A DNA stretch of 64,000 nucleotides, from the IMG/VR virus record IMGVR_UViG_3300045988_067909. One strand, written 5' to 3'. Below, piece by piece: positions 19,347 to 29,246 of this stretch. The notes beneath the pieces were generated by a model. The model had not been told where the DNA came from and ran no database searches. It saw only the letters and a list, made by a program, of their open reading frames with translations. Source of the stretch: a virus. The position numbers were made by a program, and so were the translations under genes. Position 1 is the first letter of the stretch; each line of letters begins with the position of its first letter.

Positions 19347-20150
19347 ATGAGAACTATTAATTTTAGAACAGACGCTTCCCGTTACGATGTTGCAGATTTA
19401 TCCTTAGCAACTGGTCTTACCATTAGTGAGTTAATGATTAATGCAGATAAGCATTATGAAAAAACTTGCAAGGCCTTAATGAAAAAGGTCGTTACTAAAG
19501 ACTTAGCGAAGGAAATCTTCAAAAACATCAAAAAAGGAAAACTTACCAATATCCACGATATTGGTAATGCATTCTATGTAATGGGTGCACTTAGTTCCAA
19601 ACCAAAGAAAGATAAGCTATTAGTAATTAAAGATTTACTAGTAAAATATCTTTCCATCTATTACAATAAACGTACTGATAAATACGGTATTGTAAAAGAT
19701 GAGGACATCGCAGCGTTGCTCGATGTCTGTGGTGAAACCAAAATTGTAGTAGCTAAGAAAGCTAAAACTAATAACAATGATGGTGAAGCCAAAAAACAAC
19801 ACACAGTATCCGATACAACAAAAGCTTATAATAAATTAAATAAGCTAATCAACTTAAAATCTATTAAAAAAGATGTAGTTGATGTATTGGTGAAAACTGT
19901 GAATAAGGATGCATATAAACGCATCCAAACCCAAGCTGATAGTCTTGGTAAAGATCAAAGATTCTTCTTCAATAAGAAGGAGTCTGATCTTAAAAATGGT
20001 GTTTTGATTCTTCAAGGTCTTAATGACGCTGGTGAACGTTTCAATATTAAATTGGAACTCCCTAAAGCTAATAAACCAGCGAAGAAACAAGAACAACCAA
20101 AACAAGAAACAGCTACAGTAGAAACAGAATCTACAGAAGCTTCTGCATAA
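19347..20150 (+). CDS. Lys-rich protein, possibly nucleic-acid binding (267 aa)
   Basis: SD AAGGAGGG 6 nt before the internal ATG; the ORF-track start at 19242 lies in the terminator loop. K-rich: KKAKTNNNDGEAKKQ, KANKPAKKQEQPKQ. Confidence 0.6.
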   Translation: MRTINFRTDASRYDVADLSLATGLTISELMINADKHYEKTCKALMKKVVTKDLAKEIFKNIKKGKLTNIHDIGNAFYVMGALSSKPKKDKLLVIKDLLVKYLSIYYNKRTDKYGIVKDEDIAALLDVCGETKIVVAKKAKTNNNDGEAKKQHTVSDTTKAYNKLNKLINLKSIKKDVVDVLVKTVNKDAYKRIQTQADSLGKDQRFFFNKKESDLKNGVLILQGLNDAGERFNIKLELPKANKPAKKQEQPKQETATVETESTEASA

Positions 20151-20161
20151 TCACTAGGAAT

Positions 20162-20195
20162 AAAGACGGGTAACCAATCCCGTCTTTATTTTTTG
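20162..20195 (+). terminator. Hairpin AAAGACGGG-taaccaat-CCCGTCTTT plus T7
   Basis: 9-bp GC-containing stem plus TTATTTTTTG. Confidence 0.6.
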
Positions 20196-20252
20196 TCTTC
20201 TACAAGGACTTTAACTATCTTATGAAAGTTAATTTTTCTTGGAGGAAGCACT

Positions 20253-20903
20253 ATGGAAAATTTTGAATCATATACTAAGATAAGCGAGGAAGTATTTGAT
20301 TTTGGTAATAATCTAATTATGAAAATTACTGTAGCATTCAATACTACAACACTAAGAAATGGTAATACTAAGTTTAGCCCATTACATAATGAGTATACGA
20401 TAGTTAATAGTGGTAATAAGATAACTACAAATCTTAGGTATAAGTATTACATGTCTTTAACACAACGTGGTAATAGTAATGTATCTATAGACTTGACTTG
20501 GGAGAACTATGATGAGTTCTGTGAGTTAATAGATACTATTCTTGAAGTCTGTGATGTAAATGCTGAGGGTTCACCATTTGACTACGTACGTGGTAAAGAT
20601 GGTGTATCTTATGACTTAAGATGCAACTCTAATACAGTAAGACCTATGCTTATGAAAGACTATCGAGGTGCATCATTATACTGTGTACCTGTGGTAATTG
20701 ATAATAAGAAGACTGGGTCATTCTATGCTGGTGTAAGTTTTGTATTTAATGAGTCTTCTGAAGATTCATTCAATGTAACTATAAACCGCATCAAAGGATT
20801 TAAAAGATTCTTGTCTACATATAATCCATTATTACATGCTAGTACTATGGCTAAGTATATGGGCACAACTGGTTTACTTGGAACTAATAATATCTCACTA
20901 TAG
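20253..20903 (+). CDS. Hypothetical protein (216 aa)
   Basis: SD GGAGGAAG. Confidence 0.6.
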   Translation: MENFESYTKISEEVFDFGNNLIMKITVAFNTTTLRNGNTKFSPLHNEYTIVNSGNKITTNLRYKYYMSLTQRGNSNVSIDLTWENYDEFCELIDTILEVCDVNAEGSPFDYVRGKDGVSYDLRCNSNTVRPMLMKDYRGASLYCVPVVIDNKKTGSFYAGVSFVFNESSEDSFNVTINRIKGFKRFLSTYNPLLHASTMAKYMGTTGLLGTNNISL

Positions 20904-20915
20904 ACAAAGAAATAT

Positions 20916-20943
20916 CCACTATGAGGAAATTCCTCATAGTGGG
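20916..20943. terminator. Bidirectional hairpin CCACTATGAGG-aaatt-CCTCATAGTGG
   Basis: 11-bp perfect stem between convergent genes, A-rich on the left and T-rich on the right. Confidence 0.55.
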
Positions 20944-20952
20944 ATTTTTCTA

Positions 20953-21708
20953 TTATACTGTGTACATGATTGGCTGATTACCATTTGCTGGGTTGACATA
21001 GTTCTCTTGTAAGAACTGTACAATCTCTTCACGTCTTGAAGCCTGCTGTTCAAGAGAGGATAACTTAAGATCGATATTAGCAAATACTGTCTCAATACCA
21101 TCAAAGTGTTTTAAGTATTCAAACAGCCAAGTTGCTACATCAGCTGTAGCCAATCGTTCAAATGTTTCCATCTTAGTTGGTTCAATGGTCATTAGGTTAG
21201 ATGGGTGTTTAACAAATACACCTAGAGTCATTTGGTCTAGGATATTAGATACTTGTCCAGCCATATTCATAGTTACACGAACCATATTAGGTGGAATGTA
21301 TTCAACGTATACATTGTTATTAAACAAAGATGCAATGTTTGAATATTGTTGAGATAGCATCATATCATCAAAGCTTAATGCTTTAGCTGACATAACGTAT
21401 GTACCATATTGCTGTACACCAGTTCTTGTAGTGTCTAAGTCTTCCCACATAAGATCTTTAACACCAAGAATTTCATAGTTCTCTGGAATATGTCTATCAA
21501 GAAGATAATAGTCTCCACGTTGATCGTCTTTAGTCAACAAGACTCTAATCATATGAGGGAAATATCTACTAAATGTAGATAGTGTATCTGGAATGATTAC
21601 TTCACTAGCCCATTTATCTTTAGCTAGTTCAGGCGGTAATCCTAATGGCTTTGTACCTAGACGTCGTTCGATCTTATTAATGACGTCTGTCATTCTATTA
21701 TATGCCAT
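20953..21708 (-). CDS. Hypothetical protein (251 aa)
   Basis: ORF; AAGGAGG SD on the minus strand upstream of its start (plus 21712-21722). Confidence 0.6.
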   Translation of the reverse strand: MAYNRMTDVINKIERRLGTKPLGLPPELAKDKWASEVIIPDTLSTFSRYFPHMIRVLLTKDDQRGDYYLLDRHIPENYEILGVKDLMWEDLDTTRTGVQQYGTYVMSAKALSFDDMMLSQQYSNIASLFNNNVYVEYIPPNMVRVTMNMAGQVSNILDQMTLGVFVKHPSNLMTIEPTKMETFERLATADVATWLFEYLKHFDGIETVFANIDLKLSSLEQQASRREEIVQFLQENYVNPANGNQPIMYTV

Positions 21709-21770
21709 GCCTATTTGCCTCCTTTAAGGGTTATTTTGGTTATATATCATAATGTTGAGGTGATAGATTT

Positions 21771-22502
21771 ATGCGTATTTCTTATGAAGTGGCCTCTAGA
21801 TTAATGAGGAAAGCTGCTATTAAAGTTTATCTTAAGTACAACGGGATTATTAATCCATCCCACCCATACACCACATTACACGTTCTAGATACTCCATTAC
21901 GAGAAGATCCTGATGCATATGCAAATACATCAGTATTTGGCAAGATCAGTGTAAGCTTACCAACCATATTCAAATATGGTGAAGATGAAGATACTATAGA
22001 ACGGTATATAACCAGAGTCACTGAGATTACTTTACATGAGTTATCTCATTGTGAACAAGCTCTAGACATTTATCAATTACATTTCCAGAATAGACTGGTT
22101 GATAAATGTGAAGCAGAGAATGAGTATAGAACTGGTACATTTATGCTTAATAGGTTAGATGAGTTAACTAAACTATTAGGCTACCAAATAGATGTAGATT
22201 TTATAAAGACTTATTATGTAGACGAGTATTCTGATCATAAGAACTTTGTCTACAGAAATCCTACTACATACCCTATATATTTAAACTATGTAATGCTAGG
22301 TGATATGACTAATATTCCTAGAGACTGTGATCTCTATACAGGATTAAAAGAATTTGGTGATTTACCAGTAAGACGTAATGGTATATACATACCATCCCAT
22401 AAACTCTTTGAGTACTATGGTGAAGTCTATGACAATTACTGGCCTATGGGTTGGAGATTTGTAACTCCAAATAAGATAGCTTTGATAGTAAAACCTAGGT
22501 AG
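21771..22502 (+). CDS. Putative Zn-metallopeptidase (HExxH), 243 aa
   Basis: ITLHELSHCEQ contains an HExxH, SprT/ImmA-like signature. Confidence 0.4.
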   Translation: MRISYEVASRLMRKAAIKVYLKYNGIINPSHPYTTLHVLDTPLREDPDAYANTSVFGKISVSLPTIFKYGEDEDTIERYITRVTEITLHELSHCEQALDIYQLHFQNRLVDKCEAENEYRTGTFMLNRLDELTKLLGYQIDVDFIKTYYVDEYSDHKNFVYRNPTTYPIYLNYVMLGDMTNIPRDCDLYTGLKEFGDLPVRRNGIYIPSHKLFEYYGEVYDNYWPMGWRFVTPNKIALIVKPR

Positions 22503-22521
22503 AGTCATTGACTCTACCTAG
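22495..22521. terminator. Bidirectional hairpin CTAGGTAGAGTCA-t-TGACTCTACCTAG plus T-run
   Basis: 13-bp perfect stem plus TTCTTTTTTATTTTTT. Confidence 0.6.
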
Positions 22522-22539
22522 ATTCTTTTTTATTTTTTC

Positions 22540-23373
22540 TTAGAAATTCTTTTCGGCGTAGCTTCTGATTTCTTTTAAGATATAGTCTTCAGGTTTCATA
22601 ACCAATGTAGAACCATCTTGGTTAAACATTTGGATTGTACCCTCTTTGGTAACAGCAACGCTATCATAAGAACTAATACCAAATGCTTCTGCCATAATAT
22701 CTAAGTTAGCAGATTCAGTTTTAATGAAGTCTTTAACTTGTGGACAGTTAGTAATAGGGATAATAGAACCTTGGTAAGATTCTTCTACTATAACTTGATT
22801 ACTATTTATAGAAGTTGTATCTACATCAGCAGATTCAGTAATAAGTTTTTCTACATAAGCTACTTTATGGGAAGGATAGATTACACGGTCCCAAGTGATA
22901 ACTTTAATATTTTTTACATAAGACTTACCACCATTAACTTGCATAGTACCTAGAGCACGTAAACTGAAAGATGGTTTTTCGCCATCCATAAGGTCTCTAT
23001 TAAAGTAATCACCGTATTGGTTATTAGTACCAGTAACGTGAGCTTTAATAAGATTACCTTCATTCCAGAGTTTAAGATATTTACAGCAAACTAATACTGG
23101 ATCGATAGTTTGTTGACGGGATAACTCTTGGCTCATAGGGTGACCTAATTCACCTTTAAGATTACCAGTTTCAAGAAGCTCCATAGCACGACTAGCACGC
23201 AATTCTGGCAATAAGTCATTAGGTAAGTAAATACGTCTATTACGGTTTTGTACACCTAAGTCTTGTAAAATAGTTTGAGCAATGATCTTACCATTATTCT
23301 CAGACACAATTTCAGAAGATGCGATAGCCATAGGAGCTTCGTGGATAATGTATGGGATGTTTTTAATGGACAT
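22540..23373 (-). CDS. Hypothetical protein (277 aa)
   Basis: ORF with GGAGGTA SD (plus 23381-23387). Confidence 0.6.
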   Translation of the reverse strand: MSIKNIPYIIHEAPMAIASSEIVSENNGKIIAQTILQDLGVQNRNRRIYLPNDLLPELRASRAMELLETGNLKGELGHPMSQELSRQQTIDPVLVCCKYLKLWNEGNLIKAHVTGTNNQYGDYFNRDLMDGEKPSFSLRALGTMQVNGGKSYVKNIKVITWDRVIYPSHKVAYVEKLITESADVDTTSINSNQVIVEESYQGSIIPITNCPQVKDFIKTESANLDIMAEAFGISSYDSVAVTKEGTIQMFNQDGSTLVMKPEDYILKEIRSYAEKNF

Positions 23374-23511
23374 CTATATAGTACCTCCGATTCTTCTTAT
23401 GGGATTAAAATTAACTATATGTTTCCCTTATAAGTGCATTCTGGGTAAATTAATTAGAGAACCTATATATAATCATCAATTATTCATAGAAAGTGAGGGT
23501 AAAACGTAAAA

Positions 23512-25224
23512 ATGCTAAGACGACTAAGACAACGTAAAGCATACTTAGAAAGTAAGCGTAAACCTAGTGGGGTTATCATGGCTTATGCTTATGAGAAAGC
23601 CAGGAGAAATCCTACAGAGGAAAATTTGAAAATTGCAATCGAGAACCATTTAAACTTGGATGCTAACTTAGATGAATCAGTGGCTAAGTCTATTGGTTTA
23701 TATCTTGATGCATTAGAGATTAATAACCCTGTACATGTAAAGAAATACTTTGGCCGAGTATTAGAAGGTGTACGTCGAGTACAAGATCCTGAACGTATCC
23801 GTAGAATTATGAAGAATATTCTTGCTAACCGTACAGATGCAATCAATGAAAGTACTGAACTTACTAAGCATCAAAAAGATGCTTATATCCATGCTGTAGA
23901 AAAGATTCTTAATGAGGCTAATGCTCTATGTACTTATGACCGAGTTATTAAGAATCATACAATGATTAATAAACGTTTCAATACAGATAAGCTTATCTCT
24001 GAGAATGTATTCAATGAAGTACAATCTAAAGTATATGCTATTAAATTTGCTGAGTTGATTGATACTTACAAACTTCCTATCGAAGATAAGTATAAGATCA
24101 CTCTAGAAAACTATTTCTATCTATTAGATAAGTATAACTGTGATTATGATAGATATGCTGTACTAGAAGCTATTACTGGATACTTCTTCGTTAGAGATAC
24201 TGATAATGTATTACAAGAAAGCTTTAGAAAGATTATCAAGCATTCTTCCGTAGTTACTGAAGCTACTGAAGAAGATACTAATCATATCGATAAGGACTTC
24301 TATGATGACGGTGGTAATGAGTTACTCCGTAGTAATATTATCCGTACTTGGAGAGCATTAAAACTGGATAGTGATACTGGTTTCAAATATAAAGAGTTTA
24401 TCATTAACTCTACTAAGCCAGAAGAGCTCGCTATGATTCTATCCAAGAGCCTAGTTCTATCTGACTATATTCGTAAAGAAATCTTTGATTTGGTTGTAAC
24501 TAAAATATCTTCTCTCCAAGAGGGTTATGATTACAATCAATTAGTAGCTATCTTCCGAGGATATGTAGAAGAACTAGAACGCCGTGATATGAAAGAATAT
24601 CTTTACGTATTAGGTGAACTATACTATGCTTTGGAATGCGATATCAAAGGTATCTTTACTACACCTAGTAAGGCTAATCTAGATACTGCAGAAAAAGTAC
24701 ATATGGAAATGAGTTTCTTAGATACAGTTAAAGCTATTGGTGTAAAACTAGATAAGAAACTTACTGAGTTATCTGATAATGAAAAGATGGCTAGTCGTAC
24801 TTTTGATGCAGCTATTAAGAACTTAATGTCTGCTGTAACTAAAGATACAGAAGATAATGCTAGGGAAGAAGTTATTGCTGATAAGTTTATCCCTAAAGCT
24901 TCTACTATTATTAAGCTTGCTATCACTACTGGTGTACTATATATGGTAGCACCAACGTTATCTGTAATTGGTTTATTCGGATGGTGGGTAACTAGACGTC
25001 AAGCATCTGCTGATGAACGTAGAAAACTTATGGATGAATTAGAAATCGAAATCAATATGTGTAACCGTTATCTTAAAGATGCCGAAGAAAAGAACCAATT
25101 AGAAAAGATTCGTAATCTTATGAAGATTAAACAAAAACTTATCCGTGAAAAAGAAAAGCTTGGATATACTATGGTAGTTAAACATGGTGAAGCTATTAGT
25201 AAATCTAAAGACGAGGATGATTAA
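23512..25224 (+). CDS. Coiled-coil protein with a C-terminal transmembrane segment pair (570 aa)
   Basis: Hydrophobic stretch IIKLAITTGVLYMVAPTLSVIGLFGWWV followed by a charged coiled-coil tail. Confidence 0.6.
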   Translation: MLRRLRQRKAYLESKRKPSGVIMAYAYEKARRNPTEENLKIAIENHLNLDANLDESVAKSIGLYLDALEINNPVHVKKYFGRVLEGVRRVQDPERIRRIMKNILANRTDAINESTELTKHQKDAYIHAVEKILNEANALCTYDRVIKNHTMINKRFNTDKLISENVFNEVQSKVYAIKFAELIDTYKLPIEDKYKITLENYFYLLDKYNCDYDRYAVLEAITGYFFVRDTDNVLQESFRKIIKHSSVVTEATEEDTNHIDKDFYDDGGNELLRSNIIRTWRALKLDSDTGFKYKEFIINSTKPEELAMILSKSLVLSDYIRKEIFDLVVTKISSLQEGYDYNQLVAIFRGYVEELERRDMKEYLYVLGELYYALECDIKGIFTTPSKANLDTAEKVHMEMSFLDTVKAIGVKLDKKLTELSDNEKMASRTFDAAIKNLMSAVTKDTEDNAREEVIADKFIPKASTIIKLAITTGVLYMVAPTLSVIGLFGWWVTRRQASADERRKLMDELEIEINMCNRYLKDAEEKNQLEKIRNLMKIKQKLIREKEKLGYTMVVKHGEAISKSKDEDD

Positions 25225-25226
25225 TA

Positions 25227-25889
25227 ATGAGCTTGTTAAAATCAGAGATAGATCATCCATTATTTTTTAGTGATGATGATATATATGTAAACTTTGATAG
25301 ATTTGACCGTGGCAAAGGATTCAACGTGTGTTTTATACTAGGCTATCCAGCATCTGGTAAGACAACACTATCATTTGAATTAGCTAAAAAGCATAATGCT
25401 GAATTATTGAATTTGGACGCTATAATCTATCCACAAAGTATTGATTGGTTAGTCGACTATTGTAAGAAGCACTATAAAACTTTTTATGAGTTTATTAATA
25501 AGAACCCTAAATACCTAAAGTTCATTTATACATGGGCAAGAGTATTTGCTGATGGGGAGAACCCTATGACCCCTGAAAAGAAGCAGCTTACTATTGAGCG
25601 TAGAAGATGGATTATTAAGATAATAGAATTTTGTATTTCTAAATCACATAAGATAGTCATAGAGGGTGTAGATTTGTATCCTATATTTACAATACATCCA
25701 GAATTATGTGAATATCCTATAATTATTAAGGGTACTAGTAAACTTACATCAATGCTCCGATATGTGAAACGAGACCTTGAATCTGGAGTAGGGGTACGAA
25801 ATGTATTAGATCTAATAGAGATGTATGGGCAACAGTCAACCAAGTTAAATGATTTTAGAATAAATATGAGAGTTTTTATGAAAGGATAA
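25227..25889 (+). CDS. P-loop NTPase/kinase (dNMP-kinase or polynucleotide-kinase-like), 220 aa
   Basis: GYPASGKTT (Walker A) near the N-terminus; small size. Confidence 0.55.
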   Translation: MSLLKSEIDHPLFFSDDDIYVNFDRFDRGKGFNVCFILGYPASGKTTLSFELAKKHNAELLNLDAIIYPQSIDWLVDYCKKHYKTFYEFINKNPKYLKFIYTWARVFADGENPMTPEKKQLTIERRRWIIKIIEFCISKSHKIVIEGVDLYPIFTIHPELCEYPIIIKGTSKLTSMLRYVKRDLESGVGVRNVLDLIEMYGQQSTKLNDFRINMRVFMKG

Positions 25890-25892
25890 TAT

Positions 25893-26933
25893 ATGGGATT
25901 CCTTGACGAACTAACTAATTCTATTATCCTTGAAGCAGAGGATAATAAGAAGAAAAAAGATACCCCTGCTGAAGATGATGATACAATGGAACCAGATGTT
26001 CCTGAAGATGGAGATGAAGTTCCAGAAGATGATGACACTAAAGAAGAACCACCAGCAGATGATACAGCTGATGACGACACCGATGATGACGTTGAACCTG
26101 ATGACGGGGACGATGAAGTTCCTACTGATGACGATGATACTGATACCGGTGATGATGGTACAGATGGTGGGGATACTGCAGATGATACACCAGAAGATGA
26201 TGGAGTAGAACCTGACGAAGGTGATGATATTCCAGCTGATGATGACGGTGGGGATATTGCAGATAGAGCTGCTGATGGTGGAGATGATACTGGTGATGAT
26301 ATTGAACCTGATACTACCGAAGACGGTGAAGATGTACCATCCGAAGATGGAGATGATGCTCCAGACGCTGGTACTGACGACACTGGTGATGACACAGGTG
26401 ATGGTGATGATATCGAACCAGATACTGGTGAAGATGGAGATGAAATTCCATCTGAAGATGGTGACGATGTACCTGATGCTGGAGGAGATGACGGTGGAGA
26501 CACTGATGACTCTGGAGATGGTACAGGTGATACTGGTACTGATGATGGTAGTACTGGTGGAGACCCTAAACTAGATACTGATATCAAAGCCATTGAAGAT
26601 AACCTTTTCAACAATCTAAAACCAGAACAGAAAAATATAGCAATAAAAGAACTTAAGACTAGATGGATGGATTTGTATGATCAAATCAATCGATTTATTA
26701 CTAAGATCGATTATATTGCTAAGACCCCAGACAATATCAATATAGTACTACGTGTGACTAAACTTACGCAACAATTACGTGATACAGTTGAACACTATAT
26801 CATTAATACGTTTAGCACTAAGTCCTATATTGAGAATAAGTCTGAGCTATTTTACTCGCTGCTTATATTAGATAGACTTGTCAAACTACTTGCCACTACA
26901 GTTAAAGAAGACGATACAGAAAAAACTGAGTGA
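25893..26933 (+). CDS. Polyacidic repeat protein (Asp/Gly/Thr/Pro/Glu-rich ~200-aa disordered region plus helical C-terminal domain), 346 aa
   Basis: Imperfect tandem protein repeats IEPDTxEDGxxxPSEDGDDxPDAG; the underlying DNA repeats span ~25960-26560. No terminator before the next gene. Confidence 0.7.
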   Translation: MGFLDELTNSIILEAEDNKKKKDTPAEDDDTMEPDVPEDGDEVPEDDDTKEEPPADDTADDDTDDDVEPDDGDDEVPTDDDDTDTGDDGTDGGDTADDTPEDDGVEPDEGDDIPADDDGGDIADRAADGGDDTGDDIEPDTTEDGEDVPSEDGDDAPDAGTDDTGDDTGDGDDIEPDTGEDGDEIPSEDGDDVPDAGGDDGGDTDDSGDGTGDTGTDDGSTGGDPKLDTDIKAIEDNLFNNLKPEQKNIAIKELKTRWMDLYDQINRFITKIDYIAKTPDNINIVLRVTKLTQQLRDTVEHYIINTFSTKSYIENKSELFYSLLILDRLVKLLATTVKEDDTEKTE

Positions 26934-27030
26934 CCAGTCTGCCCTGTTTAGCTAATATAACAATATATTAAAATGCGCTAATTTGAGCATTAATGTTTAA
27001 ATTAAACTATCCTGAAAGGAGACTACAAAT

Positions 27031-29121
27031 ATGCCAGTTGTAGGTAATCAATCTAGCGATGTTGTATCCAGCCGTTCTTTCCATAAAGGTGCTGAATACG
27101 AATTCGCTAATGCCATTGTAGAAATGGCGGAAAATATCGCAAGCGAAACACAAACAGACTTCTTTACTGAGTCTGCTCGTTTAATGCGTAATAAGGACGC
27201 TGCTCGTGCCCTTAAAAACTTCTTCGTAAATGAATCTGCTGATGCAGACGAATTTGCTGACAATCCAGCAGGTCTTCGTGACCACGAAATGATGATGGAA
27301 CAACTTTTCGAAAATGACCGTCAAGGTATCTTGGAATATGCTTCCATCGGTTCTTACAACCCTGTAATGGGTCTTGTGTTACCTTTACACAAAAATATGA
27401 TGATGAATAACGTTTTCGATAAAGGCGTTATTCCTAAAGCTGTAGCTAAAACTCCTAAGTTCACTTTGAGCATGGAAGTGCGCAAAATGATCGGTGTTGA
27501 TGGTACTGAAATCGATATGTTCACAGAACAAAATCGTATTTTCGAATTGATGGAATCTTCTGCTCCTACACGTCGTGTATTCGTAGAAGTTAACCCAACT
27601 AAACCTATCATCCCTGGTGGTGCTGACGAAAAAGCTATGCGTGAATCCTTGAACTTGGCTCTTTATGGTGCTAAAGATGGTTTCAACAAAGCTTATGATG
27701 CATACTCCATTACTACAGCTATCACTGGTATCGTAATCGACGGTACTAACGCTCATGATGGCGATGCTATCGTAGTTGACTCCAAAGCTGTAAATGCTGC
27801 TGGTGAAACTTACAAAACTGTAGGCGTTAAAACTGCAACTAATACTGGTGACTTGGTTATTGCTATTAGCCCTCGTCGTTTCGAACCTGGCTATGGTGAA
27901 TTAGATCGTCAAATCACTACTAAATTCAACTTTGTAAAACCTGGTACTACAGACGTAGTTGAAGGTTACATCACTGGTTACACTAAAAACAATCAATTCA
28001 TGATTTCCTGTGTTGGTTCTGCTGACATCAAAGGTGTAATCATCGATTCCAAACGTGACACTTCCAACGCTATGATCGATACTCCATCCGTACGTTGGGA
28101 TGCTGTAACTCAAATCGTAGAAATCCCTAATGCTAACCCTATCAACGTTCCTATTTCTCCTGAAGAAGTAAAAGACGTTCAAGCATTATACAACGTTGAC
28201 CAATTGTCCAAAACTCTTGGCTTGATCAAAGATGTATTGGGTAACTACAAAGATGACAAAATCCGTAAAGAATTGGACTTGTCTTTCAAAACTATGCCTG
28301 CAGCTAACAAACTTGCAGCTACATTCGACTTCTGCCCACCAGACACTTATAACATGGATCCAGTAAACTGGAGACGTACAATGTTCATGGACCAATTAGA
28401 TATGTATGTAACTACATTGCTCCAAGTATTGAACGATCCTAACGTAACTGTTTCCGTTATCGGTGCTCCTGCATTGATTCGTCGTATTACTCCAGTAGAA
28501 TACACTTACCAATCCCCATCCAGCATTGGTCCTGTAGAATTGGATTACAAACGTACAGTTGTAACTTCCGACAAACGTGTTTACAACTTCGTTTCTTCCG
28601 ATAAACTTCGTAACGATTCCAACTTGATCATCGTATTGAACCCTCGTAACACTGACCGTGTTATCTACACTATTTACGATTATCAATTGTACTTATCCAA
28701 CGAAATCCGTAACAAACAAAACTACGCTCTCCCAGCTGTACATGCGTTTGAACGTTTCCACTTCTTCTCCTATCAACCAGTACAAGGTCGTCTTCGTATC
28801 TTGAACGCTTCCGGTCTTCGTGATACAGTTCAAAATACTAAACCTGTAACTAAAGATTACAACGAACGTTACGACATGAACGATCATGGTTTCTATGATT
28901 CCATCCGTCATGACGGCACTAAAGTTGTATCCCCAACTGGTTACCCTTATCCTGTAAAATATGACTTAGCTTCCAACCCTCATTCCTACTCTGTAGAAGC
29001 TGAATTGACTCCAGCAGCTCAAGCAGCTAAAGCAGAATTGGATGCTATGCGTGCAGCAGGTGTAACTTCTAAAGTTGAACCATTCGAATTGGATCGTGTA
29101 GTTCGTGAAACTGAAAAATAA
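27031..29121 (+). CDS. Abundant virion protein, candidate major capsid protein (696 aa)
   Basis: Strongest highly-expressed codon bias in the window (CGT, TTC, TCC, AAC, GGT); strong SD GAAAGGAG; size typical of jumbo-phage MCPs; follows a scaffold-like acidic protein. Confidence 0.6.
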   Translation: MPVVGNQSSDVVSSRSFHKGAEYEFANAIVEMAENIASETQTDFFTESARLMRNKDAARALKNFFVNESADADEFADNPAGLRDHEMMMEQLFENDRQGILEYASIGSYNPVMGLVLPLHKNMMMNNVFDKGVIPKAVAKTPKFTLSMEVRKMIGVDGTEIDMFTEQNRIFELMESSAPTRRVFVEVNPTKPIIPGGADEKAMRESLNLALYGAKDGFNKAYDAYSITTAITGIVIDGTNAHDGDAIVVDSKAVNAAGETYKTVGVKTATNTGDLVIAISPRRFEPGYGELDRQITTKFNFVKPGTTDVVEGYITGYTKNNQFMISCVGSADIKGVIIDSKRDTSNAMIDTPSVRWDAVTQIVEIPNANPINVPISPEEVKDVQALYNVDQLSKTLGLIKDVLGNYKDDKIRKELDLSFKTMPAANKLAATFDFCPPDTYNMDPVNWRRTMFMDQLDMYVTTLLQVLNDPNVTVSVIGAPALIRRITPVEYTYQSPSSIGPVELDYKRTVVTSDKRVYNFVSSDKLRNDSNLIIVLNPRNTDRVIYTIYDYQLYLSNEIRNKQNYALPAVHAFERFHFFSYQPVQGRLRILNASGLRDTVQNTKPVTKDYNERYDMNDHGFYDSIRHDGTKVVSPTGYPYPVKYDLASNPHSYSVEAELTPAAQAAKAELDAMRAAGVTSKVEPFELDRVVRETEK

Positions 29122-29189
29122 TTGCCACATTCAGTAATACTATGCTGATGGTGAATTAGTATAGCATTCGTGGTTTATTTGTAAAAGAG

Positions 29190-29220
29190 CAGGCCTATAG
29201 ACTGAGAGTCTATAGGCTCA
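29190..29220 (+). terminator. Hairpin GCCTATAGACT-gag-AGTCTATAGGC plus CTCTTTGTTTTC
   Basis: 11-bp perfect stem after the putative MCP gene. Confidence 0.6.
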
Positions 29221-29246
29221 CTCTTTGTTTTCACAAGGGGATAAGA

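Noticed and set aside
25526-26614. 362-aa Ser/Pro-rich minus-strand ORF and the Met-rich plus-strand ORFs 25930-26208 and 26221-26574
   Set aside because: All three are shadow frames of the GAT/GAA-rich tandem repeat that encodes the polyacidic protein 25893-26933. They have no SD, show frame-specific low complexity and overlap the in-frame gene entirely.
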